This document shows, one piece after another, positions 12,301-24,625 of a stretch of DNA of 64,000 bases. The notes below the pieces were generated by a model, which made no database searches, was not told where the DNA came from, and saw nothing but the letters and a program-made list of their open reading frames with translations. Position 1 is the first letter of the stretch, and each line of letters opens with the position of its first letter. The translations under genes were made by a program, and so were the position numbers. The DNA is from Psammoneis japonica (taxonomy: Eukaryota): assembly GCA_008632985.1 (NCBI GenBank), contig QPGO01000010.1:1-64000 (forward strand). Direction: 5' to 3'.

Positions 12301-12379
12301 TCCAGAATGTGCTTTCGATTTCTGCATCGTGTCAGTCGTGGGAATCTGGAAATCATTCCAAACCGTTTCCACAGATTTT

Positions 12380-13070
12380 TTGCGGATGGCTGACGGACCA
12401 TCGTGATTTCGCGCGCCGGCCGCGCCGCCGGCCATCTGTCTGTCTGTCTTTCTTTCCAATTCCATTTTTCAATGGCCTTCTTCTTGGTCCACCTCAGGAA
12501 TTCCACCCTTTTGGAGGATCGCCAACGCAGAGCACTTGACCCTGACCATGCCCCACCTCCTCTGCTGGTTTTTGTTGCTTTTCAAAATTTCAATTTTGTT
12601 GCATCACATTTGCCGCTCTGTGTGCTTCATCTGCCATTTCATCATGCTCAATTTGGGTGGTGGCAGTCAGCTTTCTGGTTGATTGTTTTTTGGACACTGC
12701 CAACCATTGCAGTTTTTGGCATTTGGTTTGCAGCATGCTCCCCCATTTGACATTTGAGATGCGTGCTCTCTGCTCATCGCCTGACTTCGGCTCATGAGTT
12801 GCAGCTTCAACTCCATTTTCTTTTTTCTGGCTGGCTCCTCTTGTGCCTCCGATGCATCTTCAGCTAGCAGGTGGTCTGTTTGCACAATGTTGGGGAACAA
12901 ATTGGATGGAGCTGGAGCTGCAGACATTTGTTCCCTGTTTTCCAGCTGCCACCTGAGCAGCACACCACATGAGTGTGTGTGCTTGTGTGTGTTTCCAAAC
13001 ATCAGATGCATTCATGCTGCATTCATTTTGGCGGCCACTCGGCAGCTGTGCACTGTGTCATGTCATCGGG
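12380..13070. other. TpA-depleted block 2 separating duplication units A and B (probable TE fragment)
   Basis: Essentially no TA from ~12250 to 13070 apart from one GCTAGC; rich in CA/TG. Confidence 0.8.
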
Positions 13071-13469
13071 GTTGTAGCCAAGCCGAGGCGGTGGCGGGGA
13101 ATCTGCGATTGATTTGTGCACAGTAAAATGAATTTGTGAGTGCGCCAAAATCGTATGATGACGCACGCACGATTCAAACTTATTTATTGTATCAAACGTG
13201 GAATATGATGATTTTTTGTCTAATTAGAAAATGAACAATCTAAGTATTGGATACGTTCATAAAAAGCCGTTTGCATTTTGCAGAACACTCACGTACAGTT
13301 AGTGGTTCCCAATACAAACTCTACGTGGTGCTTGAGACATGCCTTGCCAACGGGCAGACTCCTCGTGACTCCGCTTTCAGCAAAATCTTGAATCTATCGC
13401 CGGGCCAGCGCCACAACGACACGACAACTGCTGTCATTTTCATACCAGAGAGCAAGTGTTGCGGCGGTG

Positions 13470-14300
13470 AGAACATACTGTTATATTGCACTTTAGTATG
13501 CACACCGTATGATACTTAGTGGCGTTCTATCCACTCGTGTGCTGACTGACATTTTGTATTCCGTTTCTCAATTGAACTCCACGCAGATGGCATCATCTTC
13601 CGAGTCGACGGCGGCACAACGCACTGGTGGTGCTCCTACCGTACTGACAGGCGCCGCTTCAGATGATTTACTTGCGTTTCTGGCTACTAGTATTGGTGAA
13701 GGAACGGGGGTCAACATTACTATTAATCAATATCAAGGCGAAAACACCATTAATCAATATCAAGGCGAAAACATGCATGTCGGCGACAACATCAGCAGCG
13801 ACGCCGCTCCATCCAGCACTGACAATGGTAACCGCACTCCTGGTTGGGCCGAACGAATCTTGGCGCAGCAGGAACGCATCTTGGCGCAGCAGGAACGCAT
13901 CTTGGAGCAGCAGGAACGCCAAGGCGAACGAATCTTGACGCAGCAGGACCGCATCTTGGCGGAACTGCGTCGCCAAGGCGTGCTGCTAAGCGAGGTGGAC
14001 CAGGCCAGAAGTGACGAGGAGGAAGACGCACCACCAACGGAGGGTGAGACCCTCCCTTTTTTTGTTGCTTGCGCGAGCACTGCAGGCATCCGTTTCCGGG
14101 ACACCTAACTCACGAATGCCACAAAGAGGATTGTGAAGAGCAAATCCACCACCTTTGTGCCTGGGACGAAAACCTTATCGGTGAAGATAATGAGTTGCAC
14201 GTGTATTGCTGCGAGGATCACAAGCTCTCTGGCGATCTGGAGGAGCAACAGCGCAACGGTGGCATCTTCTGAGCCTTGCACACTCCCAAGTGAGCGATAA
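13470..14300 (+). pseudogene. Deleted and frameshifted paralogue of the 7472-10130 gene
   Basis: Retains the intron, the SSSEST...GVNITINQYQG exon, RILAQQE repeats and the Cys/His finger (frameshift at ~14060). Lacks exons 1-2 and the SUMO-like domain. Confidence 0.8.
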
Positions 14301-15199
14301 TTGCATTTTTGACTCTGCGTTGCCTCTGTGTTGGTCTTCGTGATGTGGCAAAATAATCGTACTCGTATTTGATATGCTGGCTTTGAGAGTATTACCGGAT
14401 ATTGAGAAGTAGCAACTAAAGTCAATATTCTGTATCTTTGGATTGATAATGAAGGAGTTTTCTTTGCTCAACTATGTCTACCAAGCCGCACACTGTCAAT
14501 AGAATGGATTTAAAACACACCGAAAGGATAAACCAACCACAGAAAGCGAGCTGTCGTGTCCGTAGAGAGCGAAGCTTTTTGAAACCCTTTCTCTGCGACC
14601 GAGACCACGTGCGGTCGCGTGACCTGGGGTGTTTTAGCACGCATAGTATGTCACTAATGAAATTAATCGACGGACTGCGGCGTGCCCTTCTTCAATGTTG
14701 TTTTCCTACATATCGTGTAGGAGCGTCCTGTTGGATCGATCTTCGAAATTTGATACCGGGCTCACTTATTGTTGTATCTACAGAGGCAAAGTGTTTGGCT
14801 CGACTGTCGACGTCAAAATCGTGAAGCTTATCGGTAGTTTCTCCCCCAAGTTGGTCATTTCCGTAGACACATGGAGTTGTACAACACCGCTCTCATTGAA
14901 ACCAAGTCTTATACTGGAACCATTTTGTTTGTGGGCGCCGACGTGTCACAGCTACGTTTCTACCGTTTTTAATGGATGCGCAGCTCATCCTGAGAAGAGC
15001 GACCACTTACATTCAATTCTGCATGAAAAGTCTCCCAATCTCCACATCTGCAGTGTGACCACATCCACTGGGTCTTCGGGTATCTACTTTACTGCAGAAT
15101 GGTGTCCCAGCTCGTTGTCTCGTCCAAGATATAGCATGTCAAGGAAAAAAGCTACTAACTCCAATCTTGTTTTGATGGATTTCACGTAACCACAGAGAG

Positions 15200-17075
15200 C
15201 TCTACGCGACGATGTCGTATTTGTTATCAGCAGGAGACTTGACTTTCGAATTCCTTGAATCTTCCCGCTTGAGTCTACGTTGCTCCGCTTCCTCCTCGAG
15301 ACGTTCTCGCTCATTATTCCTGCGCAAATCGACCCCTTTTGTACGTCGTGGTCTCGTTTTTGTGTGGTCCTGAGCTAAATGGCTTATGATTCCTCCATTA
15401 GTCGTACTCCTGGCATAAGCTCTTGTTGATTGCATAGACCAAGAGACCGGTAGATTCTTACTCGTATCAAATCCCCTCTACTAACTAGCGGTTGCAACAA
15501 TACAATTCCGATCTATTTCACAGACTTAGCGGGGCTTGCTACAAGTTCTGGTCCAGAAACCAGCAACATGTACAGAGTCCGGTTTGTCGAAGTGCATGAG
15601 CTTGCCGACATGTCGATAGAGCTTGGCTTGTTCTATCATTACTCTCATTTTTTAAAGAAACTCAAATGCACATTGACAAAGGACCTGGCAAAGTGATCGG
15701 CAACGTCAGAAAACGCCTTGGTTGCATCGTCTAGAAAGGCATTGAAAAAGTCATCAATAAACTCAACATCCGAGTATCCTCTCGGTACAACGTCAGCTTT
15801 TTAAAAACAACGTTGCTCATATTAAGGTTCAATCGAGTCTTGTAAAAAACGTAAAGTATCCTCGGAAGGCTTTCCAAGAGTGTCGTCATGGGCGCAGAGA
15901 TTGCAATGGTTTTGTTGTCGACGTCCTTCAACGCTCCGACAACTATAGTCCAAAAGGATCCACGATGCCACCAAGAGAGTATCCGGTGACAATCACTCTA
16001 GTAATGGGGGTTCCATCCCTTTTGAATCGATTCGACGTCTTGCTGTATTTTCCATTGACGTACTTGACGATATCCGTGGCGTGCTTTTTGAGATAGACAT
16101 GCCTGCTCATTTCATAATATGCTTTCTGCACATCCCTGCAACTTGTTCCATGGCGACACGGAATCAGCATTGACATCGACAATGATATCTTTGATTGTCA
16201 CTGTCGCTCGGCACACCATAACGAGTGCCGAGCCTGTAATTATTCCAACAAATGTGGGAGCATTCAAAGACAGTCGTTCCGATACCAAATCCCGTCCAAA
16301 CGCGACTCCATTCTGAAAGAAGCGTAACGTCAAGTCTGGAAACATGTCTCGGATGTTGGGCAATTCTAAAACCTTTTCAAAGCCTCGCCGCGATGCAGCT
16401 TCATAAAAACACCTCTAGCGACCGTGGCACATAGGTGCAGCATGTCTTCTTCCACACCAATCATATCTTTGGATGGAAGATGCTTGATTCCCTCAATATC
16501 GATTTGAGTAGAAGCGTCTAAAATTTCATCGGCGGTAGCAGCGCACTCTTCGGCTTCCGATTCTTGCCACCCTTCAATCATGCGAGCGTGTCCTGATAGC
16601 GTTTCTCGAGTAAATGGTTCTTGCTTCTTGCTCTTTTCCACTGCTATTGTAAGTGCTCTTCCTCTTCTCGTATCCATATCATATCCTGCACGTGACATTG
16701 CCGTCCCTGCTCCCCATCTTGCGCCTTCCGCAACATGTGTGCAAGCTGTAAACCCCATGGTATGAAGGTGAGAAGAACCCTATAGCATCCACCACACCAT
16801 CAGCCGGTTGGGCTTCCGGATCGTTCCACTAACTGAAAACACCCGTAATTTGCAGCTGCTAGCGACGGTAATTTGTCGGGGAAGTTTCCGGAACGTTTTG
16901 CAACATGGCCCAACCTCTCCTCGTCTTGTTCATTGCTCGCCATGGTGTCGAGAGTCATTCAGTGTTCAGATGAACTTCCACCTCTTTTCATTGGTTGCTT
17001 GGCGTTGCGTTCGCTCTCCACTCACTTGCACGACATAACGGTCCACGCAGATTGACTCCTCATGGCCGCCATTGC
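15200..17075 (-). pseudogene. Class-3 lipase-like pseudogene, copy B
   Basis: RVIVTGYSLGG at ~15970-16000 and CRATVTIKDIIVDVN; several frameshifts; collinear with copy A. Confidence 0.7.
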
Positions 17076-17239
17076 TTCTGCGACTTGTGCGTCCACTCTC
17101 CATCGTGAGTCTATGCGTCGACCGTTCTTCGCGCGCGCTCGCACGCACCCGAAGGTCTCCTCACAGGCCTCTCGCGGAAGTAAGATGGACGATGTGTCAG
17201 GGTCGTATGTAGGCCGTTTGTTACGGTGCCATTTTTCCG

Positions 17240-20100
17240 TCGCACCGCCCGGGACCTGCCGCAAGCAGCATTGTTTCATTGCTGTCATCGGCGTGAATGA
17301 CTCCCAAGGCCATCCAGCACTGCAGAGTGAATCTTTCATTGGGACGTCACTTCCAGCATGACCACAACAAAACCCCGCAGTTGCGCGCAACCGCTGTTGC
17401 ACAGCTCCTCATTCCATCTTTCACAGTCGGACATGTTGATCCTTTTCTCTTGGCTTGATTGCACTGCTGGCAGCCACGCATGGAATGCCAGCTCTCCTTG
17501 TTCTTTGCTGTGGTCAGGGTGACACACACACCCAACACCCACCCTCCGCAGATCATCAATTGCCAAGAACCGCCACACCAGCTGGTGGTGATCGCAAGCC
17601 AGTTGCTGCAGAAGGCCACAAGAGACCGGAGGACACAAGCAGTGAGAACATCCAAGACACAGATTTCAAGACAAATCGATGATTGTGAGAAAAATCACTG
17701 CACAAACACTCACCACGACTTTGTCTTTGCACGGCTTGTGTCGTGTCTCCTGTGAGCATGCAATTGCTGCTGCAACCGCACTTGTCCCATTCTGTTGCCA
17801 GAGGCATTCACACTGTTGCAAACTTGTCCTGAGCTGGCACACATCTGATTCCACCTGCAAAGGTGTGAATGGTGTCAGCCAGTGCTGTGCAAAAGGCAAA
17901 ATTGTGAGGAGCTGTCATGTGTTCCTGTCATCGGCTCCACTCAAAGTCTTGAGATGAGTCAGCTTCAATGAGTGATTCTGAGTCAGGCTTCAAAGACATC
18001 TTTTGGATCTTTGGGTGCCAATGCTTGTGGAACACAGGTGAGCACATTGCACTTGCTTCCCCAAGAATGTTGCTGCTGGGGGGGCTTGTCATTCTTGGTT
18101 GCTTGTGCAGAGGCGAGCAGCAAAATTTTTAAATGCAAAATGCAAGCCAATGAAAGGGCAAACAGAGTCAGCAGTGGGTTTGGCAATTCATCCAAAAATG
18201 CAACATTCATGATGTGCTGTGCAAGCAAAAGGAAAGCAAAGATCATCATTGTCAGCTGGACAGATGATCACAAGCAAAGATTTGTTTGAACAAGAACAAA
18301 TGCCATGAATGTTTGCACTTTCTCTGCTGTCAGAACAATGTTGCCAGACATGTTGGACAGAAGTGGCTCAAATGTTGATGGCAGGTGGAGACAGAGACAA
18401 CAACATTGGAGATGAAAGAGTCTGGCCTGTTCCAGCTCCAGCAGCACAATGGACTCCTTCAAAATCAGTTTTTTTCCCCAATCAAAGGGTGGTTGTGCAC
18501 AAAAATGCCTCATGTTTTTTTTTGTGTGCACTCACCTCTTGATTTTCAAAACAATCAAATTTGAAGGAGTTTGGTGTGCCAAACAGCACAGAAAATTGGC
18601 TCTTGTGTGATGGATTGCTCATCACCTGGGGCTGGAACAGGCCATCCATGCTGTTGAAATTGAGCTGAAAAGAGAGAAAAATTGGGAAAAACACCAGTCA
18701 CAAGTCAAAGTCATGCATGCTGTGCATTCTGGCACAACTTGAGCAGGGACAAATGAGTGAGTCATGTCAACACAACATGTTGCATTGCACCTGTTTGCAG
18801 ACATTTGGACTGTCACACAAAGAACTTGGTTGAGAGGCGATCAAAAGTGCAGCAGCAGCCAAATCATCAGTGCTCATTTGTGTGCACATCATTGTTGTGC
18901 TTGTGTCTCTCCACCCTTGTGCACCCATGTTGCAGCTCACAATGATTTGGCTGAAACACAGACCTTGCCCCTTTGAAGCCCCCCTGCCACTTTTGCTTGC
19001 TTGCAACATTTGATCTTGTGCAGTCAACAAAGCTTGTTGTTTGTTTCAAGCAAACAGCAGGGAAAGGACAGACCTCCCATGCAGCGTTGAGAGCTGGTTG
19101 CGATGGTGCAGCACACACGTGCAGCAACAAGCAGGCAAAGGGAAATCATCACCACTCACCACCCTCAAACCTGCCTTGAACCTTGAACCTCCTTGCAATT
19201 GCCACAGAGCTGAAAATTTTGATGCAGCAAAAAATTGTCAGAGAAAAAAGAAAAGCTGGCAACACACATTTGCAGAGCAGCCCAGCATCAGATGACAAGA
19301 CCTTGGCTGATGACAACCCCAGACTGGCCCTGTTGAAATGGCCCTGTCTGCCCTCCCAATCAATTTTGCAGGACCACCCATCTGTCGTCCAATGGAGTCT
19401 GCACCCAAAAATGTGAAGTGAGTGCTCCTGCATGCTTCCATGTTGTGATGTGGGACTCACTTTGTGGCCACTCAGATTTTGCTTCAGCAGCCCACAAAGA
19501 TGCTTTGTGCCAAGTGAAACATGAAGCAGCTGACAGGAAAGCCAATGTGTGTGAGGAGACACTCAAGACAAACACCCAGACTCTGCCTGATCTCAAGGCC
19601 AGTGCTGTCAATCAGCAAGTGCAGCACCAATGCCAGAGCATGGCTGTCGTCAGCATGCCCATTGGCACTGAACGGCACTGAACTTTCATTCCAAGAGTTC
19701 CACAGTGTGCTCCATTCACAGCATGGCAGCACTCTGCCTGACCTCCTTGAGTGTTGTGATGGACATGGGTGCAAATTCTCTGTTGCCATGCTGGCCATGC
19801 AGTGGTCAAGCCATCTCATGACACTTGACGAAGTGCATGGCTGGCTGACAAATGGCAAAAGCCATGCTCAGAGTTGCAGGCAACTCATCATTGCCTCAGG
19901 GGGATCATGCATCCCTTCGTCTCAGACCAGCTCCAGGCACCCCCAGTGGGAGGATGGTGTGCTGGTCTACCACTTTGCACCACACTCCAAGTGAGTCCTG
20001 CTTGAGCTGGGCTCCAACTTCCCAGACCAAATGTTGACCACCTGCTCCCAGACAACCTTGACATTTAGCCCCAAGACAGCCAAAACACCATCACTGTCAC
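17240..20100. other. TpA-depleted hypermutated block 3
   Basis: TA is near absent (survivors include TTTAAA at ~18130 and TTTAGC at ~20066); CA/TG-rich; abrupt return to normal composition at ~20115. Confidence 0.9.
19270..19990 (+). mobile_element. Decayed non-LTR retrotransposon 3' region (CRE/R2-like, zinc-knuckle region)
   Basis: AWLSSACPLALNGTELSFQEFHSVLHSQHGSTLPDLLECCDGHGCKFSV resembles the recalled consensus AWL..P...NGT.LS..EFRD.L.LRYG.....LP..CDGCG.KF.V of CRE-like elements, again with R->H/Q and Y->H. Confidence 0.65.
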
Positions 20101-20579
20101 ACGGTTGCGGCGCCATATCCCATTCGAATGCCATTGCGCGCGCTCATGACGAAAAAATGTGTTCGTGAAAAATCGTCAGAAAAAAAGAAAAACTGGAGAG
20201 GGCGGAGCATGCAGCATGATGTGTCTTACCGCCAGCGACGAAACTTACAAACAACTTCATTAATGCGCCACACCGACAGTCATTTTAGACTAGATACAGC
20301 CAGTGTTCAGTAAGCTACTCCATCAATCTCATAGTCTAGTGCTCTATCGCTCTCATTAGCATGCTATTTTCATTTTCAATTTCATACGGTAGAGCTAGGA
20401 ATAATCGAGTCAAGCAACTTCATTGCGCGGGTTATATGTGTAAATTTGATGCTAACATTATCTCTCTATCCTGGTAGAGACGAAAGTACAGTTCAGAGTC
20501 CATTTCAGAATTTACGGGGATGGAATGTCCTGTGAACTGGAAAGAAGAAAAAATCGTAATGCTGCATCCACCGAAGGAA

Positions 20580-21890
20580 CTAACGTTCACGTTTGAATAG
20601 TTCCGCTTTCTCCTTGACAATGTGGAACATAAGGTTTGGGTTGTTGCGAGCGCGCCCCAACACGTCTGCCCAAATGCCAACGGGCGCAAGACGATCACGG
20701 ACCACTGGCAAAATACGATTACGCATCACTCGCAAAACGTTTTGGCACTCTTTGATTTCGGCAATCAGCTCATCATCCATGTCGTTCCATAAGTAAGGAG
20801 AAATTTTAGGATTCTGCTTCGCGCCTTTTACCAGTGCGGCCTTGCCAACATCACCAAAAGAGTTTCGGTCAAGAGTCAGACCGGCGAGCTTGTCGTTTCG
20901 CACGAGCATCTCGCCAAATGCTTTTGCACCTTCATCTCCAATGCGATTCGCCTGCAGCAGAAGCTGTTCAATGGATGTGTTGTTTTCAAGCTTCCGTGCC
21001 AACGATTTGGCTCCCTCATCTTCAATGGAGCAACGTCGTAAATAGATATATTTGATCGTTGAATTCTGCAGCAGTGCGTCTCCAATGTACTCTGCTTCCT
21101 CGTTTCCGATCGGATTGTCATCAAAGTGGACATACTCAATTCCTGTGTGCTGTGCCAATGCTGCGAAGAATAACTTTACACCTTCGGGGCCCACGCCAAT
21201 GTCTCTTAGGTGGATGGCTCTCAAGAGAGGAAGCGACGGCATGACTTGTGACAAAATCTTGACACCCGCATCCCCGATTTTGTTTCCTGACAAGTAAAGG
21301 TTTCTCAGCTTTGGAAGCAATATCAGCACTTGGCACAAGCACCTGATGCCTTCGGGACCAATGTCATTGTCAACCAGGATAAGTAACCGTAACTTGCCAA
21401 AGGACGGAAGGACGCGGCACAACTGCTCGATGCCGGCATCCCCGATTTTGTTTTCTGACAAGTAAAGGTCTCTCAGCTTTCGAAGTGATGTCAGCACTTG
21501 ACACAAAGACCTGATGCCGTCGGGACCAATGTCATTGTCACACAGGTGAAGGCACCGTAACTTGCCAAAGGACGGAAGGACGCGGCACAATTGCTCGATG
21601 CCGGCATCCCCGATTTTGTTGCTTGACAAGTAAAGGTTTCTCAGCTTTCGAAGTGATGTCAGCACTTGACACAAAGACCTGATGCCGTCGGGACCAATGC
21701 CATTGTCATACAGGTTAAGGGACCGTAACTTGCTAAAGGACGGAAGGACGCGGCACAATTGTGCGATGCCTTCATCCCCGCTTCTGATTCTGATTCCTTC
21801 GCGATGGTCTCCGAGACTGATCGCGTCAACCGTGCTCGGATTCGTTTCGGCCAAAACCTCTTGCAAGCCACATAAAAGCCGGTAACTCAT
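20580..21890 (-). CDS. Ribonuclease-inhibitor-type LRR protein (NLRC3-like LRRs), ~436 aa
   Basis: 28-aa repeats LRxLxLxxNxIGxxG throughout the ORF. The likely start is MSYRLL (ATG at 21890). C-terminal tail GIWADVLGR...MFHIVKEKAELF is typical of diatom LRR expansions. Confidence 0.9.
   Translation of the reverse strand: MSYRLLCGLQEVLAETNPSTVDAISLGDHREGIRIRSGDEGIAQLCRVLPSFSKLRSLNLYDNGIGPDGIRSLCQVLTSLRKLRNLYLSSNKIGDAGIEQLCRVLPSFGKLRCLHLCDNDIGPDGIRSLCQVLTSLRKLRDLYLSENKIGDAGIEQLCRVLPSFGKLRLLILVDNDIGPEGIRCLCQVLILLPKLRNLYLSGNKIGDAGVKILSQVMPSLPLLRAIHLRDIGVGPEGVKLFFAALAQHTGIEYVHFDDNPIGNEEAEYIGDALLQNSTIKYIYLRRCSIEDEGAKSLARKLENNTSIEQLLLQANRIGDEGAKAFGEMLVRNDKLAGLTLDRNSFGDVGKAALVKGAKQNPKISPYLWNDMDDELIAEIKECQNVLRVMRNRILPVVRDRLAPVGIWADVLGRARNNPNLMFHIVKEKAELFKRER
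21268..21780. repeat. Near-identical 168-bp (56-aa) coding tandem repeat x3
   Basis: CATCCCCGATTTTGTT recurs at ~21269, 21437 and 21605 with a 168-bp period. Confidence 0.95.
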
Positions 21891-22332
21891 ATTGACTGCA
21901 CGAAACGCAACAATACCGTACCAGCAAAAGAACAACGACCTTCGTTTGGTGGTTGGGTTTTGAGTGTTTGAGTTTTGAATGAAAACAAAAAACAACAGAA
22001 AAATCAATCCGCAGCGCCAACGCAACAACGGTGTTCGCGGCCGTTATTGTGTCGGGACACAGGCATTTTTGAAAACATCGTAATGATTTAGCGAAATTGC
22101 GACCTCGTCATTCTACAGATTTACAGTACGAGAAGAATCTGAGCCAGAACGAGCGCAAATTCCCTTCCATTTTTGAGAAGCCTCATCACCTCGTTGTCAA
22201 GTATTTTTACACCATAAAATGAGTAGAGCCCAATCACCTCGCTCACCAATTGCTCTGACGAAAAGCGTACGGTACATGTTAGAGCCATAACTTGCGCGAC
22301 TCCATCAAGTTAAAAAAGAAGTATTAATAATA

Positions 22333-24045
22333 ATGGGTTGTCTGGGAGTTGTGTGCGAAACATGGCATCGTCACGAGCAGTTTGTGGTGATTCTGATTGG
22401 TTTCTGGTGCATGGGAGCAGGTTGTGGTTTTGAGCGTTCTCTTTTACCAAGAATGGCCAAGGATACCTTTGGCCAGACAAAGGCATCGACTCGTCTTGCT
22501 TTTGTGTCGACATTTGGTTTATCCAAGGCGATTGCCAACGCGATTGCGGGTCCTCTGGCGGATCGCTTTGGAAGAAAACCAGCGCTCGTTTTGGGATGTC
22601 TTGTAGGATTGCCCGTCATGCCCTTTATTATCATTGCACAGTCGTGGCATTCCATCACACTCATGAATGCAGCCTTTGGACTTTCTCAGGGATTGCTAGG
22701 TTCCTCGCTTTTTTTTCTACTCATTGATGTCATGGGACCCTTGAGACGAGGCGTTGCCGTGGGGATTGGCGAGTGCTCCATTTACGTCTCTACGGCCTTG
22801 GTCAATGTTCTAGCGGGCCAGTTAGCATCCGTCTATGGATACAGACCGGTTCCATTTTATGTCGCGACGGCCTTTGCGGTTGTTGGCCTACTCTCTACAA
22901 TTCCACTCGAGGATACGTTGGATCAAGTAAGAGCCGAGCAAACGGCATCCGAACGAGCCGAATTGGCTAAACGAAGAAAGTACGCCCGAATGATGTCTAC
23001 TCAGCCAAGCAAAACAGAGGAGGACGAGTTGACGCGTCGTCGTATCTTGGACGCAATGGAACAGAAACAATTGGATGGCTACGTTTCACCGTGGCGTGGT
23101 TCTGTTGTAAGCTTTGGTGCCGAAGAAGCCGGGAAATCGAATGATATTGAAGACGACGATGCCTCTCATGACTTTGATGCTGAGGAGAAGACACCGCTTG
23201 TCAGAAATGGCAAGATCTTGTATGACAGCAATGTACACTCCAGTTCCCATGATGTCAGCAGCAGTAGCGCCACATCCATGTTTGACAAGGATCTCTCGGC
23301 ACGGGCAACTCTTTGCAACTTGTTGCGGACAAATCCAAGTTATGTAACGTTATGCTTTGGAGGAATGGTGCTCAATTTCAAGGATGGATTTGCCTGGGGA
23401 TCCTTTCCAGTCTTTTTCAAGCACGAACACTTGCTCAGCGACGCCCATACCGATTTGCTCATTGCGCTCTATCCGCTTTGTTGGGGCTTTGCGCAAGCCT
23501 TTACGGGAGCAATGTCTGACAAGTTTGGGCGCAAGGTATTTTTGGTAACGGGCATCAGCATGTGCTCTGTTTCCATGGCCCTATTTGCACTGCCAAATGC
23601 CTTGTGGGGGGTCGTCGGCGATGCTCGTCATGTAACAGTATGGCTGGTTGCTGATGTTGCCTTGGGGCTCGGTACCGCCATGGCATATCCCGCTCTACAG
23701 GCAGGAGCAGCAGACGAGGTTACTCCAATCAATCGGGGACTAGCTTTAGGATTTTATCGGTTTGTTCGAGACATGGGTTATGTGGTTGGCGCGCTTGTCT
23801 GTGGTCACTTGACGGATGCGATTGGATACGAATCAACATTTTTGGTAAACACGGCTGTTTTGACGCTATCGTTGTTGAGTATGATTTTTGTCTACAAATC
23901 ACCTTTGGAAGAGAGTAATGTACCCACCAGAATTGATCCGAAATCTTCCAGAAGCGCAAGTAATGGCGGTGACCACGATTCGGAAAAGACCCCTCCCAGA
24001 AGAGTCAGGGTGGTGTTACAGAATAGATGTTCCGACTCTTGGTAG
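22333..24045 (+). CDS. Major facilitator superfamily transporter, 570 aa
   Basis: Two MFS motif-A loops (GPLADRFGRK, GAMSDKFGRK), two bundles of hydrophobic helices and a long central loop. Confidence 0.93.
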   Translation: MGCLGVVCETWHRHEQFVVILIGFWCMGAGCGFERSLLPRMAKDTFGQTKASTRLAFVSTFGLSKAIANAIAGPLADRFGRKPALVLGCLVGLPVMPFIIIAQSWHSITLMNAAFGLSQGLLGSSLFFLLIDVMGPLRRGVAVGIGECSIYVSTALVNVLAGQLASVYGYRPVPFYVATAFAVVGLLSTIPLEDTLDQVRAEQTASERAELAKRRKYARMMSTQPSKTEEDELTRRRILDAMEQKQLDGYVSPWRGSVVSFGAEEAGKSNDIEDDDASHDFDAEEKTPLVRNGKILYDSNVHSSSHDVSSSSATSMFDKDLSARATLCNLLRTNPSYVTLCFGGMVLNFKDGFAWGSFPVFFKHEHLLSDAHTDLLIALYPLCWGFAQAFTGAMSDKFGRKVFLVTGISMCSVSMALFALPNALWGVVGDARHVTVWLVADVALGLGTAMAYPALQAGAADEVTPINRGLALGFYRFVRDMGYVVGALVCGHLTDAIGYESTFLVNTAVLTLSLLSMIFVYKSPLEESNVPTRIDPKSSRSASNGGDHDSEKTPPRRVRVVLQNRCSDSW

Positions 24046-24319
24046 TTGCTACGAGCGTTTGTCGTTGCAGCGGATCTTTAATTAGTCCAGGCGATACCTG
24101 TTAAGCATGTCCAAACCAGATTTGTTGGATTGGCCCGCCATTCATGGTCATCGCTGCGCGGATCTTTCATTACAGTATTTTCTCTTCATTAATGCTTTTC
24201 TTCAGGCGATTCCTCGGAACCAAGTCTAAAATCCTGTTTTTCTTGTTCCAAAGTTATCTTCTTGTTTTTTTTTCCTTGGTAGTAGATGCTTATTTCTCTC
24301 TACTAGCTAGACCTCTACT

Positions 24320-24625
24320 CTAGTAGAGTGTGAATCCTATCTATCAAAGCCCATTTTGTCGAAAGCTTAGACTACTCAGCGACAACGATATTCTGTTTCT
24401 ACTTATTTCTCTCTAGAGTGTGGATGCTGTCTACCGCGCCAAAGGTGGCACTACTAGTAGAGTGTGAGTCCTATCTATCAAAGCCCATTTTGTCGAAAGC
24501 TTAGACTATCAGCGACAACGATATTATTTTTCTACTTATTACTCTCTAGAGTGTGGATGCTATCTACCGCACCAAAGCCAATTCTGTCGAAAGCTTAGCA
24601 CAACGATATAATATGTTTCTTATTC
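24320..24625. repeat. Intergenic tandem repeat, ~134-bp unit x2 plus a partial copy, TAG-rich
   Basis: TAGTAGAGTGTGARTCCTATCTATCAAAGCCCATTTTGTCGAAAGCTTAGACTA at ~24321 and ~24455; partial copy TGTCGAAAGCTTAG at ~24585. Confidence 0.9.

Larger units (their letters stand above)
7180..17075. repeat. Tandem segmental duplication: unit A ~7180-12300, unit B ~13150-17075
   Basis: Shared collinear blocks: CGATTCAAA/GGATAC-TTCATAAAAA upstream region, intron plus SSSEST exon, CCTTGCACACTCCCAAGTGAGCGA 3' region, lipase GYSLGG segment, and ATGGCCCAACCTCTCCTCGTCTTGTTC...CAGATTGACTCCTCATGGCCGCC end. Confidence 0.9.

Noticed and set aside
17340..18560. Possible eroded minus-strand membrane or enzyme gene
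   Set aside because: It looks like former coding sequence, but I cannot assign a family by eye.
21891..22028. N-terminal extension of the LRR ORF from a non-ATG start
   Set aside because: Eukaryotic gene; the first in-frame ATG (MSYRLL) at 21890 is the more plausible start.
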